From the IMG/VR virus record IMGVR_UViG_3300048854_000105, positions 1-46,567 of that record: 46,567 nt of DNA, one strand, 5' to 3'. The notes under the pieces are model-generated. The model saw only the letters and a list, made by a program, of their open reading frames with translations, searched no databases and was not told where the DNA came from. Shown piece by piece: positions 33,129 through 42,213 of this stretch. The DNA comes from a virus. A program made the translations under genes and the position numbers. Numbering within the stretch: the stretch's first letter is position 1; every line of letters begins with the position of its first letter.

Positions 33129-35864
33129 ATGGAGAAGAGAATGAAGCGATTGCTTATCGTGTTGCTGTGTCTGCCTATTGCCGCATTGGGTCAGGGAATC
33201 CGTTTTGATTCGAGCGTGATGACCGCGGCGGCCAATGTCCCCTATGGGGCGCAGGCACCCGTCTACACCATTCCCTTCACTTCGATCTATGTATGCGCCT
33301 ACCCGGCCAGCGGCAACCCCTGCACCAACACGGTGACGGTCTACTCAGACCAGGCGATGACGCAGGCGCTGGATCAGCCGTTACAAACGGACACTCAAGG
33401 CCGCTTCGGCTTCTGGGCAGCAGCAGGGCAGTACACCTACTCGGCCGTATCTCCAACGGGCAAGTTCATGGGGACGTTCATCGCCACGCTGTCACCGATA
33501 ACCGGTGGTGGTGGAGGCGGTGTGCCTGCTGGTAATTTGCACGAGTTCAATGCCAAGCAGAGCTCTTCCGCTTTTCAGGGTACAGGTTATTTCGGCAGCG
33601 ACGATAAGTCACTTGTCTCTTCCGCCGTCCCTTCTGTCGCGCACTACGTTCACAATCCTACACGCTCTGGACCTTGCACGACCTTATCCTGCGGTGAGTC
33701 ACTGTTCTACGGGCAGTCCGCACCATTCAACGACCCAAGCAACCAACCTACCGGATGGGGATCGGGTGTCGGCATCTACCACAACGCTCTCGTGAGCGGT
33801 CTAGGCACGTTCAGCGGGTTTGGTGGAGTTCTCCCCTATGAGCCATCAGGCGGAACTTCGTACAAGCTGCAGTGGGACAACGTCGTGTTCCGCACTCCGG
33901 GAATCGGGCAGACATACGGCTCGAACACCTACTGCGCCAAGCCCTTTGACTGTGCGAAGAACTATGATTATTTCTTCTATCACGGTGGCCAATGGGCACC
34001 GAGCGATGAAGGCGGAACCCCTTGGAAATTGAATGCTTATGCGGCCTCTCAGTACCAGGGAGGATTTCAACTAACCAACTCTCCGGGCACTGGCGCGACC
34101 TCCATCACGAATGCCACACTGCTAAGTCCGGATCAGGTTCCCACCAATTTCTTCGTCTATAACGTCAGCCAAGCGCCTACGACTTCGGGCAACATCACGG
34201 CCTATGACGGGGCGAACCACCTGTTGACTGTCACGACAGGCTCTGTCACTCCGCCAACCACACGCGGAACCACCACAGGTAACATCACCAGTCCATCGCA
34301 GGGAAATGCCAATGGGTTCAGCTTTGCTTCGACTGTTCACGTCACCCTCGGAACTGGCTACACCAATACAGTCGGCAATCCCGTGGTATTTGTCTGCGAC
34401 AACCTTCAAGTGGAGTTTCCGACTATCTCCTCCATCACGCCTGTAGACGGATCGGGGAATACGGTTATTACCGGAATCTTCGCTCATGGCCACCCCACAG
34501 GATGCACCGTCGTGCAGGGCGGGACGATGGGGATCCTCGATCTATACGCCGATCGCATCGGTAACAACTGGAAGACCTCATATTTTGTCTTCGACGCGAC
34601 CGACACCTCGCACATCCATGAGGCAACTTACCTTCGCGGTACACGCGGTTTTATCAATGACTCGCGGCACAACTTCGGTGGCGGGGTCAACCATGTTGCT
34701 ACTACCGTAGTCCGTTCGGGGAACGTGATCACAGTCGGGGGCTTGGGATTGGGTCAGTACAACTTCGGCGGCCAATATGTGCGACTGTCAGGTTACACCC
34801 CTTCCGATGTCAACGGCACTTATCTCGCAAGTCAGTTGAACGCCAATTATGCGTTCACAGTCGCAAGTGTTGGACCAGATGAAACGGCTACCGGGGGCGC
34901 GGTAGATGTAGGGGGTAATGTCAACTCTCCGGACGGAGCCACCTTCGGCGGTGGCGGCTTCTACATCTGGCCAACGGCCATGATCAAGCAGCTCGGCGTG
35001 ACCACGACGGTTACAGACGGCAAGAGCACCGACGCCTACAACAATACCGTTACCCTCTTCCCGAACAACCTGCCCATGAGCAGCGGGAATTTCATCCTTG
35101 CCCTTGATGACATGCAGGCCAAGCTTGAACCGATCACGGCGGCGGGAACTATGGATATTCCGCCTACCAACCTCTTCAACAGTTGGGCCACCTTCAACGT
35201 TAGCGGTTACGGTGTCGCCACACCAAAAACTCGCATACTGTCGGTGATCAACGGCAACTCCTGGACCTTGTACAGGGGTGGCGGCGGCAGCGGGACCCTG
35301 GACGGGATCATTCAAGCTAAGTTCTTTGGCCCTTCGGCCATTGTATTGGACGTAGATGCTCCAGTCCCGCTCGGGTCCGTGCTCCACATCAACAAGAACC
35401 CGATGATGGGCCACGGTGTTGGGAATCAGAGCTTCTTCCCGATGTTAGTGGACGGCATAGGCGGTGGTGGAGGCGGATTCGTCATCAACTACAACCCGGA
35501 TACGGGAACAACGGCGATCTCAAGCGGAACGGGAAATGGTGTCCAAACAGCCATCACCATGACGCCCACCACTCTCGCACTTGGCGGATCGACCAACATA
35601 TCCCTGCTGGCGACTGCTGCGAGTTTTAGCGGATCGGTGACCATCCCCACTCTGACGATCAGCACCGGCCTTACCTCGACGGGGGCGGCGACGTTTCAAT
35701 CGAACGTGACAGTCAATGGGCTGATCGGAACCGGCAACCGCCTTATCTATGCCGACTCCACTGGAAAGCTCCAGTCTGGACCGACGATGAGCACTTTCAA
35801 CGGAAAGTGTACCTCCCCGCAAACTCCAACCTTCGTAAACGGCCTCGCCACCGGCTGCAGCTAA
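33129..35864 (+). CDS. Tail fibre or receptor-binding protein 1 (probable start ATG 33141) with a signal-peptide-like N-terminus
   Basis: GGAG lies 6 nt before 33141. MKRLLIVLLCLPIAALG|QG. The N-domain is shared with 35923..37371. Poly-Gly hinges are present. Confidence 0.6.
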   Translation: MEKRMKRLLIVLLCLPIAALGQGIRFDSSVMTAAANVPYGAQAPVYTIPFTSIYVCAYPASGNPCTNTVTVYSDQAMTQALDQPLQTDTQGRFGFWAAAGQYTYSAVSPTGKFMGTFIATLSPITGGGGGGVPAGNLHEFNAKQSSSAFQGTGYFGSDDKSLVSSAVPSVAHYVHNPTRSGPCTTLSCGESLFYGQSAPFNDPSNQPTGWGSGVGIYHNALVSGLGTFSGFGGVLPYEPSGGTSYKLQWDNVVFRTPGIGQTYGSNTYCAKPFDCAKNYDYFFYHGGQWAPSDEGGTPWKLNAYAASQYQGGFQLTNSPGTGATSITNATLLSPDQVPTNFFVYNVSQAPTTSGNITAYDGANHLLTVTTGSVTPPTTRGTTTGNITSPSQGNANGFSFASTVHVTLGTGYTNTVGNPVVFVCDNLQVEFPTISSITPVDGSGNTVITGIFAHGHPTGCTVVQGGTMGILDLYADRIGNNWKTSYFVFDATDTSHIHEATYLRGTRGFINDSRHNFGGGVNHVATTVVRSGNVITVGGLGLGQYNFGGQYVRLSGYTPSDVNGTYLASQLNANYAFTVASVGPDETATGGAVDVGGNVNSPDGATFGGGGFYIWPTAMIKQLGVTTTVTDGKSTDAYNNTVTLFPNNLPMSSGNFILALDDMQAKLEPITAAGTMDIPPTNLFNSWATFNVSGYGVATPKTRILSVINGNSWTLYRGGGGSGTLDGIIQAKFFGPSAIVLDVDAPVPLGSVLHINKNPMMGHGVGNQSFFPMLVDGIGGGGGGFVINYNPDTGTTAISSGTGNGVQTAITMTPTTLALGGSTNISLLATAASFSGSVTIPTLTISTGLTSTGAATFQSNVTVNGLIGTGNRLIYADSTGKLQSGPTMSTFNGKCTSPQTPTFVNGLATGCS

Positions 35865-35885
35865 AAACCAAAACAACTCACCGTG

Positions 35886-35908
35886 ACGGCTCCTCCGGGG
35901 GCCGTTTT
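35886..35908 (+). terminator. Rho-independent terminator
   Basis: ACGGCTCC-tccg-GGGGCCGT (8 bp including one G:U) followed by TTTT. Confidence 0.6.
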
Positions 35909-35922
35909 CGATTGGAGACCAC

Positions 35923-37371
35923 ATGATATTTCTGCGGATCATCGCCGTGCTATGTCTTTGCGCTACGGCGTGGGGGCAAGGTTCTCGGTTCGACTCGAAC
36001 GTGTTCACATCGGCCCTCAACGTCCCCCCGGGGGCTAAGTCTCCGATGTACACGATGCCTTTCGCGCAGATCAGAGTGTGCGCTTACCCAGCCACAATCA
36101 TGTCTCCAAACGCCATGTGCACCAACCAGGTCAATATCTACAGTGATCCCGGCCTGACGCAGCTAGTGAAGCAGCCATTTCTTGCCGACGCGCAGGGCAG
36201 GTTTGGCTTCTGGGCTGCTCCGGGGCAATATGCCTACTCGGTTGTGGGAAGTGGGCAGTATCTCGGTACCTACAACTTCTCTCTCTCTGGGCCCGGTGGT
36301 GGGCAAGCAACATTTCCATCATCTCCGGGGGTGGTTTGGAGCCTAAGCACATCTTCGGCGCGAAACGCGACTGGTACTGACATTAGCGGCCTGTTCTCTG
36401 GCTCCAGTCCGTGCGCCCTGATGAAAGATGGCACCTGCGCCACGATAAGCAGTGGTGGAGTGACAAGTATTACCGCTGATCCTGCCAATTGGCCTACCTG
36501 GCTGGTCCCGCATGTAGATAATCCCACCGGTTCGGCTTCTATTTCTGCTGTCCCTGGCCCCATCCCCAATACCGCGCTCGCAAACTCTTCCGTCACGATC
36601 AATTCAACCTCATGCGCTCTCGGAACTGGCTGCACCATCCCCCTGACAGGCGTCTCGAGCATTAACAGCAACCCTGGGCCGTTCACGTTCACCTTCAGCG
36701 GTGGCGCTGGTTCCTGCACGGGCACAACCTGCAACTTTACTGGCGGCGGCATGGTATACCCGGCTGCTGGAATCGCCAACTCCACCGGATCAACGTGGGG
36801 TACACCATACAGCGCTACAAACGCCATTCCTGCCACCTTCCTACCTAGCTTCGGCACGGCTGCTGCTGGAATTGTTCCTTTATCTGGTGGCGGAACGACG
36901 AACTTCCTGAGGGCGGATGGCACATGGGCGGCTCCTCCAGGTGGCGGTGGAACCAATCCAACCGTCAATGGACTTCAGAACTGGAATACCTCGGCATGGG
37001 CTGCTGCTACTTCCGCTAATGTCGTCGCCGTGTTCGGGTCCGGAACCTGCTCCGGATATCTCAAGAGCGACGGGAGTTGTGATACTCCAGGCGCCGGGAT
37101 CTCCAATGTCGCCGTGACGCTTCCGACTGGCGCGATCCTTGCCAATACCTGCACGTCGGCAGTAACAGCGACCATGACAGGGCTCACAACATCCTCAGCC
37201 TTCTCCACTGCCTTTGCCACGGACCCTTCGACAGTGAACGGATGGGGAAGCACTGGCGGCCTTACCTTCGTGGCATGGCCTACGGCCGACACGCTGAATT
37301 GGCGAGTCTGCAATGTGACTGCGGCAACCATCACTCCGGGCGCGATGACGCTCAACGTGGGGGCTAAATGA
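35923..37371 (+). CDS. Tail fibre protein 2
   Basis: The N-domain is homologous to fibre 1. NFLRADGTWAAP and YLKSDGSC are motifs typical of tail-fibre C-terminal regions. Confidence 0.65.
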   Translation: MIFLRIIAVLCLCATAWGQGSRFDSNVFTSALNVPPGAKSPMYTMPFAQIRVCAYPATIMSPNAMCTNQVNIYSDPGLTQLVKQPFLADAQGRFGFWAAPGQYAYSVVGSGQYLGTYNFSLSGPGGGQATFPSSPGVVWSLSTSSARNATGTDISGLFSGSSPCALMKDGTCATISSGGVTSITADPANWPTWLVPHVDNPTGSASISAVPGPIPNTALANSSVTINSTSCALGTGCTIPLTGVSSINSNPGPFTFTFSGGAGSCTGTTCNFTGGGMVYPAAGIANSTGSTWGTPYSATNAIPATFLPSFGTAAAGIVPLSGGGTTNFLRADGTWAAPPGGGGTNPTVNGLQNWNTSAWAAATSANVVAVFGSGTCSGYLKSDGSCDTPGAGISNVAVTLPTGAILANTCTSAVTATMTGLTTSSAFSTAFATDPSTVNGWGSTGGLTFVAWPTADTLNWRVCNVTAATITPGAMTLNVGAK

Positions 37372-40286
37372 TTGCCTTCCTCGCGTTCTTTCAAGCCTCA
37401 ATCCTGATGGGGGGTGGGGGCTCAGCAGCCCTCGCCAGCTACGTCCCGCCTCCTCCGCCTACGCCGATGACGATCTTCAAGCAGGAGCCAGCGCCAGGGC
37501 AAAGCTACTCGGTCAATACGGCCCTTGCGAACTCCGAGCACAAAGAGTACGTCATAGAATACTTCGAGACAGATTCTGCGGCTGGGCCTTGGAGCGTTTC
37601 ATCGGACGGCTACAAGATGACCGTCACCGTACCTTCAGGTCATACGCTGGCCTACCCGGACAAGGTGAAGACGGACAACTTTACCAACCTTCCCTACTCC
37701 CAGGGATTCTGCCAGGTGGACTCATCGACCGCAACCACCGTCACCTTTGACGTTCGCGCCTGTAACGGGGGATTCCCCGCATCTGGGAGTACCGGAGTGG
37801 AGACTACCGGCGTCATCGAGAAGGTAACGGCTCCCAACCAGACCGGAAATTATGAGGTCTACACGACAACCGGATCCGAGACCTTCTATCTGATGAACAA
37901 GGTGAAGGATACATTCGCCGGCGATGCCAGTTGCACGCTGGCGAAGGCGATCGCGCACGACTCTTCCTGCTTCACAGCGCACCCGGTCATCAATAACGTG
38001 CTGGCCGGCGCTGGCGTCTATGTTGAGGTTGGTCCGACCCAAGGGAATTGCACTTGGACTGGATCAGTTGGGACTGGCGATTTGGCGCTGCACTCTACGA
38101 TTGAGTTTGACGTAAAGTTCACCAGCAATCAGGATGCTACGAAGACGCACATCTCCCACTACCTCGTCTGCAAGAACGGCGCGGGTTCGGGGGTGGATGC
38201 AGTCATTGACTCCGATCCTGGCTATATCCAACTCTTCGCCGGCCAGAGCGCCCCGCTGGTATGCACGCTCTTCGGTAGTGCTTCGCTAGGCTGTCATTGG
38301 ACTATTTCTTCAACGGATCATCTCGCAGCCTCAGGGACTGATCCTGTTATTGGGCATGCCGACTCGCCCTCTGCCACGATCACTGCGGGAACGAAGGGCG
38401 GAGGCTACATGCTTCAGGCATGCGCCGATGAAGACGGAACACTCTGCACAACGAGCCGAATGTGGATTGCGAAGACTCAGACTCCCCCCGCGGCGAACGC
38501 GGACGGCGTAATCATCAGCCCTTGTGAGGTCGATCCTGCCATGTCGGAATATGGCGGTGAAGTGATCCACGTCGGCCCAACCGGACACAGCTTCGCCTAC
38601 AACGGCGTAAAGACGATTCCTCTTAACACCGGGCAGTGGCATTGGGGCCTGACGATTGTCGTCCATAACGAGTTCAGCACTCCGGGGAGCCCTTTCACCA
38701 TTCCGGAGTATTGGGGGCTGAATGCGCCCGCCAACATCGGGCCCTCTGACGGTTCTGTCCCGATCTGGAACATCTGCGGCATCCCTAACCCCACCTCGGG
38801 AGAGATGCCTGTTTTTGAGGGAACCAATGCAACGGGAGCGAGCTGGCTTTCAGGTTACACGCAAGCTGGAGCTACGCTGTTCGGTGCCACCACTGCTGAC
38901 ACCAGAATGTTCTACACTCCGGCAAAGCTGGCCTCGAACCATTCTCGATGGGCTGACTTCAGAATCCAGAATGTAACTCTCGGCGTGCCCTACACCAGAC
39001 CGGACGGGACGCAAACGATATGGGGCAACTCCTCGGCAGAGCGGATGTATGGATACAGCAACACCGTCGTCCAGTCGGTTCATGCAGTCAATGTGGCCAT
39101 GCCTTTCTTTGGCGACTGCAACCCGCAGCAGTCCGGCTGGAAGAACTGCCAAACCCACGCCTATTATTGGGGCAACCACTGCGAAAAGTACGGAATCGTC
39201 GGCCAGAGCACAGAGCATTGCTTCTACGAGCAGTCTCTAGGCGTCTTTGCCTTCGCGACATGGGAGGAAGGCTCAATCCACGGAAACGGAGGCGCGACGG
39301 GATGCTACAGCTTCCGCGGCGTCACCCGCGTGATGTGGGGCTATAACCGATGCGTTCCCAAGGACGACAACGACTCCGGATCCGGCCCTGGGGGAGACTC
39401 TGAAAATCAGGACGCCTACGAGTACACCGACATGCGCTCAGCTTTCGGACCTCAGGGGCTCGATCCTGCCGCGATGTGCTCTCTGGGCGATACCTCGGCG
39501 CCATTCTGCCCAACTCCGGACGCAATCCCGGGAGGCGTCAACACCTATGCTGCGTTCGTCGATGCGCACTATCACACCTTCTTCAACTTCTCGAACGCTA
39601 CCTTTATGAACAGCGGTGCAGCGCTGACCAGCATCGCACCGACGCATGACATCAATAACCTGACCTCGGCAGTCAATCTGTACTTCTACCACAACACCAA
39701 CCGAAGCACAGGGAATTACGCAGTCGATCTCTTCGAGGACCGCCGCAACTTCCGTCAGGACTCTCCCGCCAGCACGTACTTTGTGATCTGGCCGTCTGCG
39801 GAGTATCAGAACGACGATGTCTGGAACGCCGATGCGCGAAGCTGCGCTTACAACTGCGGCCCTGATATCAAATACTGGTCGAGTGGCGAGATCAACTACA
39901 AGACCAACGTCGTCAGAACCGGGCAGTTCACCATCACGAGCAATATCCTCGCCAAGATAGGCTGGGATCAGGGAGTCGATCAGCAGGGGATTCAGCAGAA
40001 TTGGGATTATGCCGATTTCCCCGGTACAAGCCCGGTCGAGCTCCATAAAGGCGGATGGATCCCGGCGAACTTCATCTTCTCAGATACAGACCCGGTAGAC
40101 TCGACCACGCTCGCCCCAGGGTCAACATCTCCTGATGTCGGAGCTGCATCCCCCCTGGTTTGGCCGATGAACTACTTCCCGCCGCGCTTCACTCCGGTAA
40201 CCGGAGACACGACGGACTACAACAATGGAGTGAAGCTGAGGACGGATGGGGGAACAACGATCGGAGCTTACGAGCCTACGCCTTAG
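37368..40286 (+). CDS. Large tailspike-like protein, 972 aa (possible beta-helix or depolymerase)
   Basis: ATGA overlap with fibre 2. Last gene before attP. The function is a guess from size and position. Confidence 0.45.
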   Translation: MIAFLAFFQASILMGGGGSAALASYVPPPPPTPMTIFKQEPAPGQSYSVNTALANSEHKEYVIEYFETDSAAGPWSVSSDGYKMTVTVPSGHTLAYPDKVKTDNFTNLPYSQGFCQVDSSTATTVTFDVRACNGGFPASGSTGVETTGVIEKVTAPNQTGNYEVYTTTGSETFYLMNKVKDTFAGDASCTLAKAIAHDSSCFTAHPVINNVLAGAGVYVEVGPTQGNCTWTGSVGTGDLALHSTIEFDVKFTSNQDATKTHISHYLVCKNGAGSGVDAVIDSDPGYIQLFAGQSAPLVCTLFGSASLGCHWTISSTDHLAASGTDPVIGHADSPSATITAGTKGGGYMLQACADEDGTLCTTSRMWIAKTQTPPAANADGVIISPCEVDPAMSEYGGEVIHVGPTGHSFAYNGVKTIPLNTGQWHWGLTIVVHNEFSTPGSPFTIPEYWGLNAPANIGPSDGSVPIWNICGIPNPTSGEMPVFEGTNATGASWLSGYTQAGATLFGATTADTRMFYTPAKLASNHSRWADFRIQNVTLGVPYTRPDGTQTIWGNSSAERMYGYSNTVVQSVHAVNVAMPFFGDCNPQQSGWKNCQTHAYYWGNHCEKYGIVGQSTEHCFYEQSLGVFAFATWEEGSIHGNGGATGCYSFRGVTRVMWGYNRCVPKDDNDSGSGPGGDSENQDAYEYTDMRSAFGPQGLDPAAMCSLGDTSAPFCPTPDAIPGGVNTYAAFVDAHYHTFFNFSNATFMNSGAALTSIAPTHDINNLTSAVNLYFYHNTNRSTGNYAVDLFEDRRNFRQDSPASTYFVIWPSAEYQNDDVWNADARSCAYNCGPDIKYWSSGEINYKTNVVRTGQFTITSNILAKIGWDQGVDQQGIQQNWDYADFPGTSPVELHKGGWIPANFIFSDTDPVDSTTLAPGSTSPDVGAASPLVWPMNYFPPRFTPVTGDTTDYNNGVKLRTDGGTTIGAYEPTP

Positions 40287-40305
40287 GACGCTCCGCTGAG
40301 CGCAG

Positions 40306-40333
40306 AAAAGGGGCCTCGCTTGGGGCCCCTTTT
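40306..40333. terminator. Strong bidirectional rho-independent terminator
   Basis: AAAAGGGGCC-loop-GGCCCCTTTT (10-bp stem with an A-tract and a T-tract). Confidence 0.7.
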
Positions 40334-40340
40334 GTATATT

Positions 40341-40359
40341 GACCCCTGTTTGACCCTCG
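40341..40359 (+). repeat. Arm-type repeat pair, left of the attP core
   Basis: GACCCCTGTTTGACCCTCG matches 40509..40527 at 16 of 19 nt. Confidence 0.45.
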
Positions 40360-40370
40360 GAGTCGCTAAA

Positions 40371-40417
40371 TGGTTGCGGGGGTAGGATTTGAACCTACGA
40401 CCTTTGGGTTATGAGCC
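40371..40417 (-). other. attP core: the 3' 47 nt of an initiator tRNA-Met (anticodon loop through CCA)
   Basis: The reverse complement is GGCTCATAACCCAAAGGTCGTAGGTTCAAATCCTACCCCCGCAACCA. It has a CAU anticodon, CCC after the loop, and the A72-A73-CCA end typical of tRNA-fMet. There is no 5' half. Confidence 0.75.
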
Positions 40418-40508
40418 TGCATTTATTAGCGATTCATTGGAATTATTGCGTTTTGTCCAATAAATACAGGCCTGTTTTTATTGGAATATTCTGCAGTTCG
40501 GTTTAGGT

Positions 40509-40527
40509 GACCCTCGTTTGTCCCTCG
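40509..40527 (+). repeat. Arm-type repeat pair, right of the attP core
   Basis: GACCCTCGTTTGTCCCTCG. Confidence 0.45.
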
Positions 40528-40529
40528 TT

Positions 40530-40895
40530 TTAGGCCGGATCGTAAGTAGCTTCGAAAATGTCAGGCTTGCAGGGATAGTGCTCACCTTTTACCCCCGTAA
40601 TAATGAAGTCTCCAGGACACACGATATGGCCACCCTCGAGCGTGTCGATCCATCCATGCCAGTGCATAGTTTTATTGCAGTGCTTGCAGGCGGTTTGTCC
40701 ATCTACAGCCGGATGGCGGAAGTACCTTACTATCTGACCTTCCCATCCGTTTGCGCGAACCTCATCCCCAGTCCAGGTACGGATCTTGCCTTTTTCAAGG
40801 CCGGTCATCTCTTTGGCGTAATCCGATGGGTGATCGCCATTCTTGAACCACTGCGCAGCTTCGATCACTATTGGCTTCTTCCTAAATTTGCTCAT
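40530..40895 (-). CDS. Conserved phage domain protein (PGDxIIxGxKGExYPCKPDIF), paralog of the C-terminus of 44250..44969, with a CxxC/HxH insertion
   Basis: KKPIVIEAAQW...TLEGGHIVCPGDFIITGVKGEHYPCKPDIFEATYD. It sits between int and attP. Confidence 0.6.
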   Translation of the reverse strand: MSKFRKKPIVIEAAQWFKNGDHPSDYAKEMTGLEKGKIRTWTGDEVRANGWEGQIVRYFRHPAVDGQTACKHCNKTMHWHGWIDTLEGGHIVCPGDFIITGVKGEHYPCKPDIFEATYDPA

Positions 40896-42010
40896 GCTTT
40901 CTTCCTTTCGTTAATCATCTCCACGACGGCGGCGTTAGGCCCCTTCAGGTTCATCTTGCGGCCCCCGTACTGGCTGGTAGTTCTAATGTCGGCGTGGCGC
41001 ATGAGCCGCTGCTGGACCTCCATCGGAAGCTCGAGGTCGCGCATCATGGCCCTGTAGGTATGGCGGAAGCTGTGCCATCCAAGGCGGGGAAGCCCTACAT
41101 GCTTTCCGGCTGGCCTGAGGTATCTGACCTGCAGGGAATCTCGGTGATACGGCCTGTTGGTCACTGGACTACCGAACAGCCACCCATCAATCACAAGCTC
41201 TTCCTCCCGCCACGCCCTGAGTGCAGCCACAATGCTGTCATGCAGTGGCAGGTCATCGTTAGAGGCGACTGTCTTGGTCAGATCGGCATGCATGCCCACG
41301 ACGGAGCGGTTGACGGTCAGGATGCCTTTATCAAGGTCGATATCCTCCCACCTGAGGCCTAGAATCTCCGAGGCCCTGAGCCCGAGGTACATGGCAAGCT
41401 GCACCATCATGGCGACGTGTGGCGGGACGATGGCGAGAATCTGGTGATACTGCTCGACGGATACTATCGTTTGCTGGCGTGTCGGCATGGGCCTTCCCTT
41501 GACCCTGAGCAGGCCGATGGGGTTACGCTGTAGCTCGAGTCCACCCCAGCGCATGATGCTCTCAAATAGGACGTGTAGCTGCGCCTTGATGTGTTGGCGC
41601 GTCTTCTTCGACAACTGGCCGCCCGTCTTCTTCTCGAGCCCGTTCAGCCACATCTCTACTTCAACGAGATCGCGCACCATCGCGGATGCGGGAACCTTGC
41701 CCCAGCGCGTCCGGATGTGTGCCAAGTTCGACAGGCATGAGCGGCGCGTGCTCTCTCGGGTAGGCATGTCCTCAAGGATGTAGCGATCGATCGCCTCGCT
41801 TATGTATATCGATCGGCTGAGCGACGCCACCTTCCCGCGGTGCTTATCGGCTTCCTTCTCGGCGAGCGCCTTGGTAGGGAACTGCTTTGTATCTCCAAGG
41901 ATTACGGAACGGCGCATCTTGCCCTCAGTGAATCGGAAGGTCCACACGTCGGGCCCGTTCGCCCTTTCCTTGAGCACTACGCTGCCACGCTGGTACGTCA
42001 TCCGTTTCAT
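40892..42010 (-). CDS. int: Tyrosine integrase
   Basis: GLRASEILGLRWEDID, WHSFRHTY and LMRHADIRTTSQYGG give the R...HxxR...Y signature. It is adjacent to attP. Confidence 0.9.
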   Translation of the reverse strand: MKRMTYQRGSVVLKERANGPDVWTFRFTEGKMRRSVILGDTKQFPTKALAEKEADKHRGKVASLSRSIYISEAIDRYILEDMPTRESTRRSCLSNLAHIRTRWGKVPASAMVRDLVEVEMWLNGLEKKTGGQLSKKTRQHIKAQLHVLFESIMRWGGLELQRNPIGLLRVKGRPMPTRQQTIVSVEQYHQILAIVPPHVAMMVQLAMYLGLRASEILGLRWEDIDLDKGILTVNRSVVGMHADLTKTVASNDDLPLHDSIVAALRAWREEELVIDGWLFGSPVTNRPYHRDSLQVRYLRPAGKHVGLPRLGWHSFRHTYRAMMRDLELPMEVQQRLMRHADIRTTSQYGGRKMNLKGPNAAVVEMINERKKA

Positions 42011-42213
42011 GCCGTTTCCGCCATCCTCTTGTCAATCTCAGAGATCCGAAACCGCCAATACTGTTTCTTGCCAAATCCGCAGTTTCTCGCTGGTAGCTGG
42101 CCCCGTCGTGCCATCTTTACTACATGGTCAGGGCAGAATCCTAAATGGCGGGCTACCTCTTTGGCATCCACCCATCTCTCCTCTGCCTGCCTAATTTCCT
42201 GAACTTCGCCCAT
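42007..42213 (-). CDS. xis: Excisionase (MerR/HTH_17-type)
   Basis: VDAKEVARHLGFCPDHVVKMARRGQLPA...YWRFRISEID. 4-nt overlap with int. Confidence 0.7.
   Translation of the reverse strand: MGEVQEIRQAEERWVDAKEVARHLGFCPDHVVKMARRGQLPARNCGFGKKQYWRFRISEIDKRMAETA

Noticed and set aside
33505-35480. Repeated ggtggtggaggcgg (near 33507 and 35464) within fibre gene 1
   Set aside because: Both copies encode poly-Gly hinges. They are short and explained by the coding requirement, with no evidence of an invertible or cassette-switching element and no recombinase nearby.
40518-41057. 179-aa plus-strand ORF
   Set aside because: It is antisense to the conserved-domain gene 40530..40895 and to the integrase 3' end. 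Its hydrophobic, low-complexity sequence is typical of a shadow frame.
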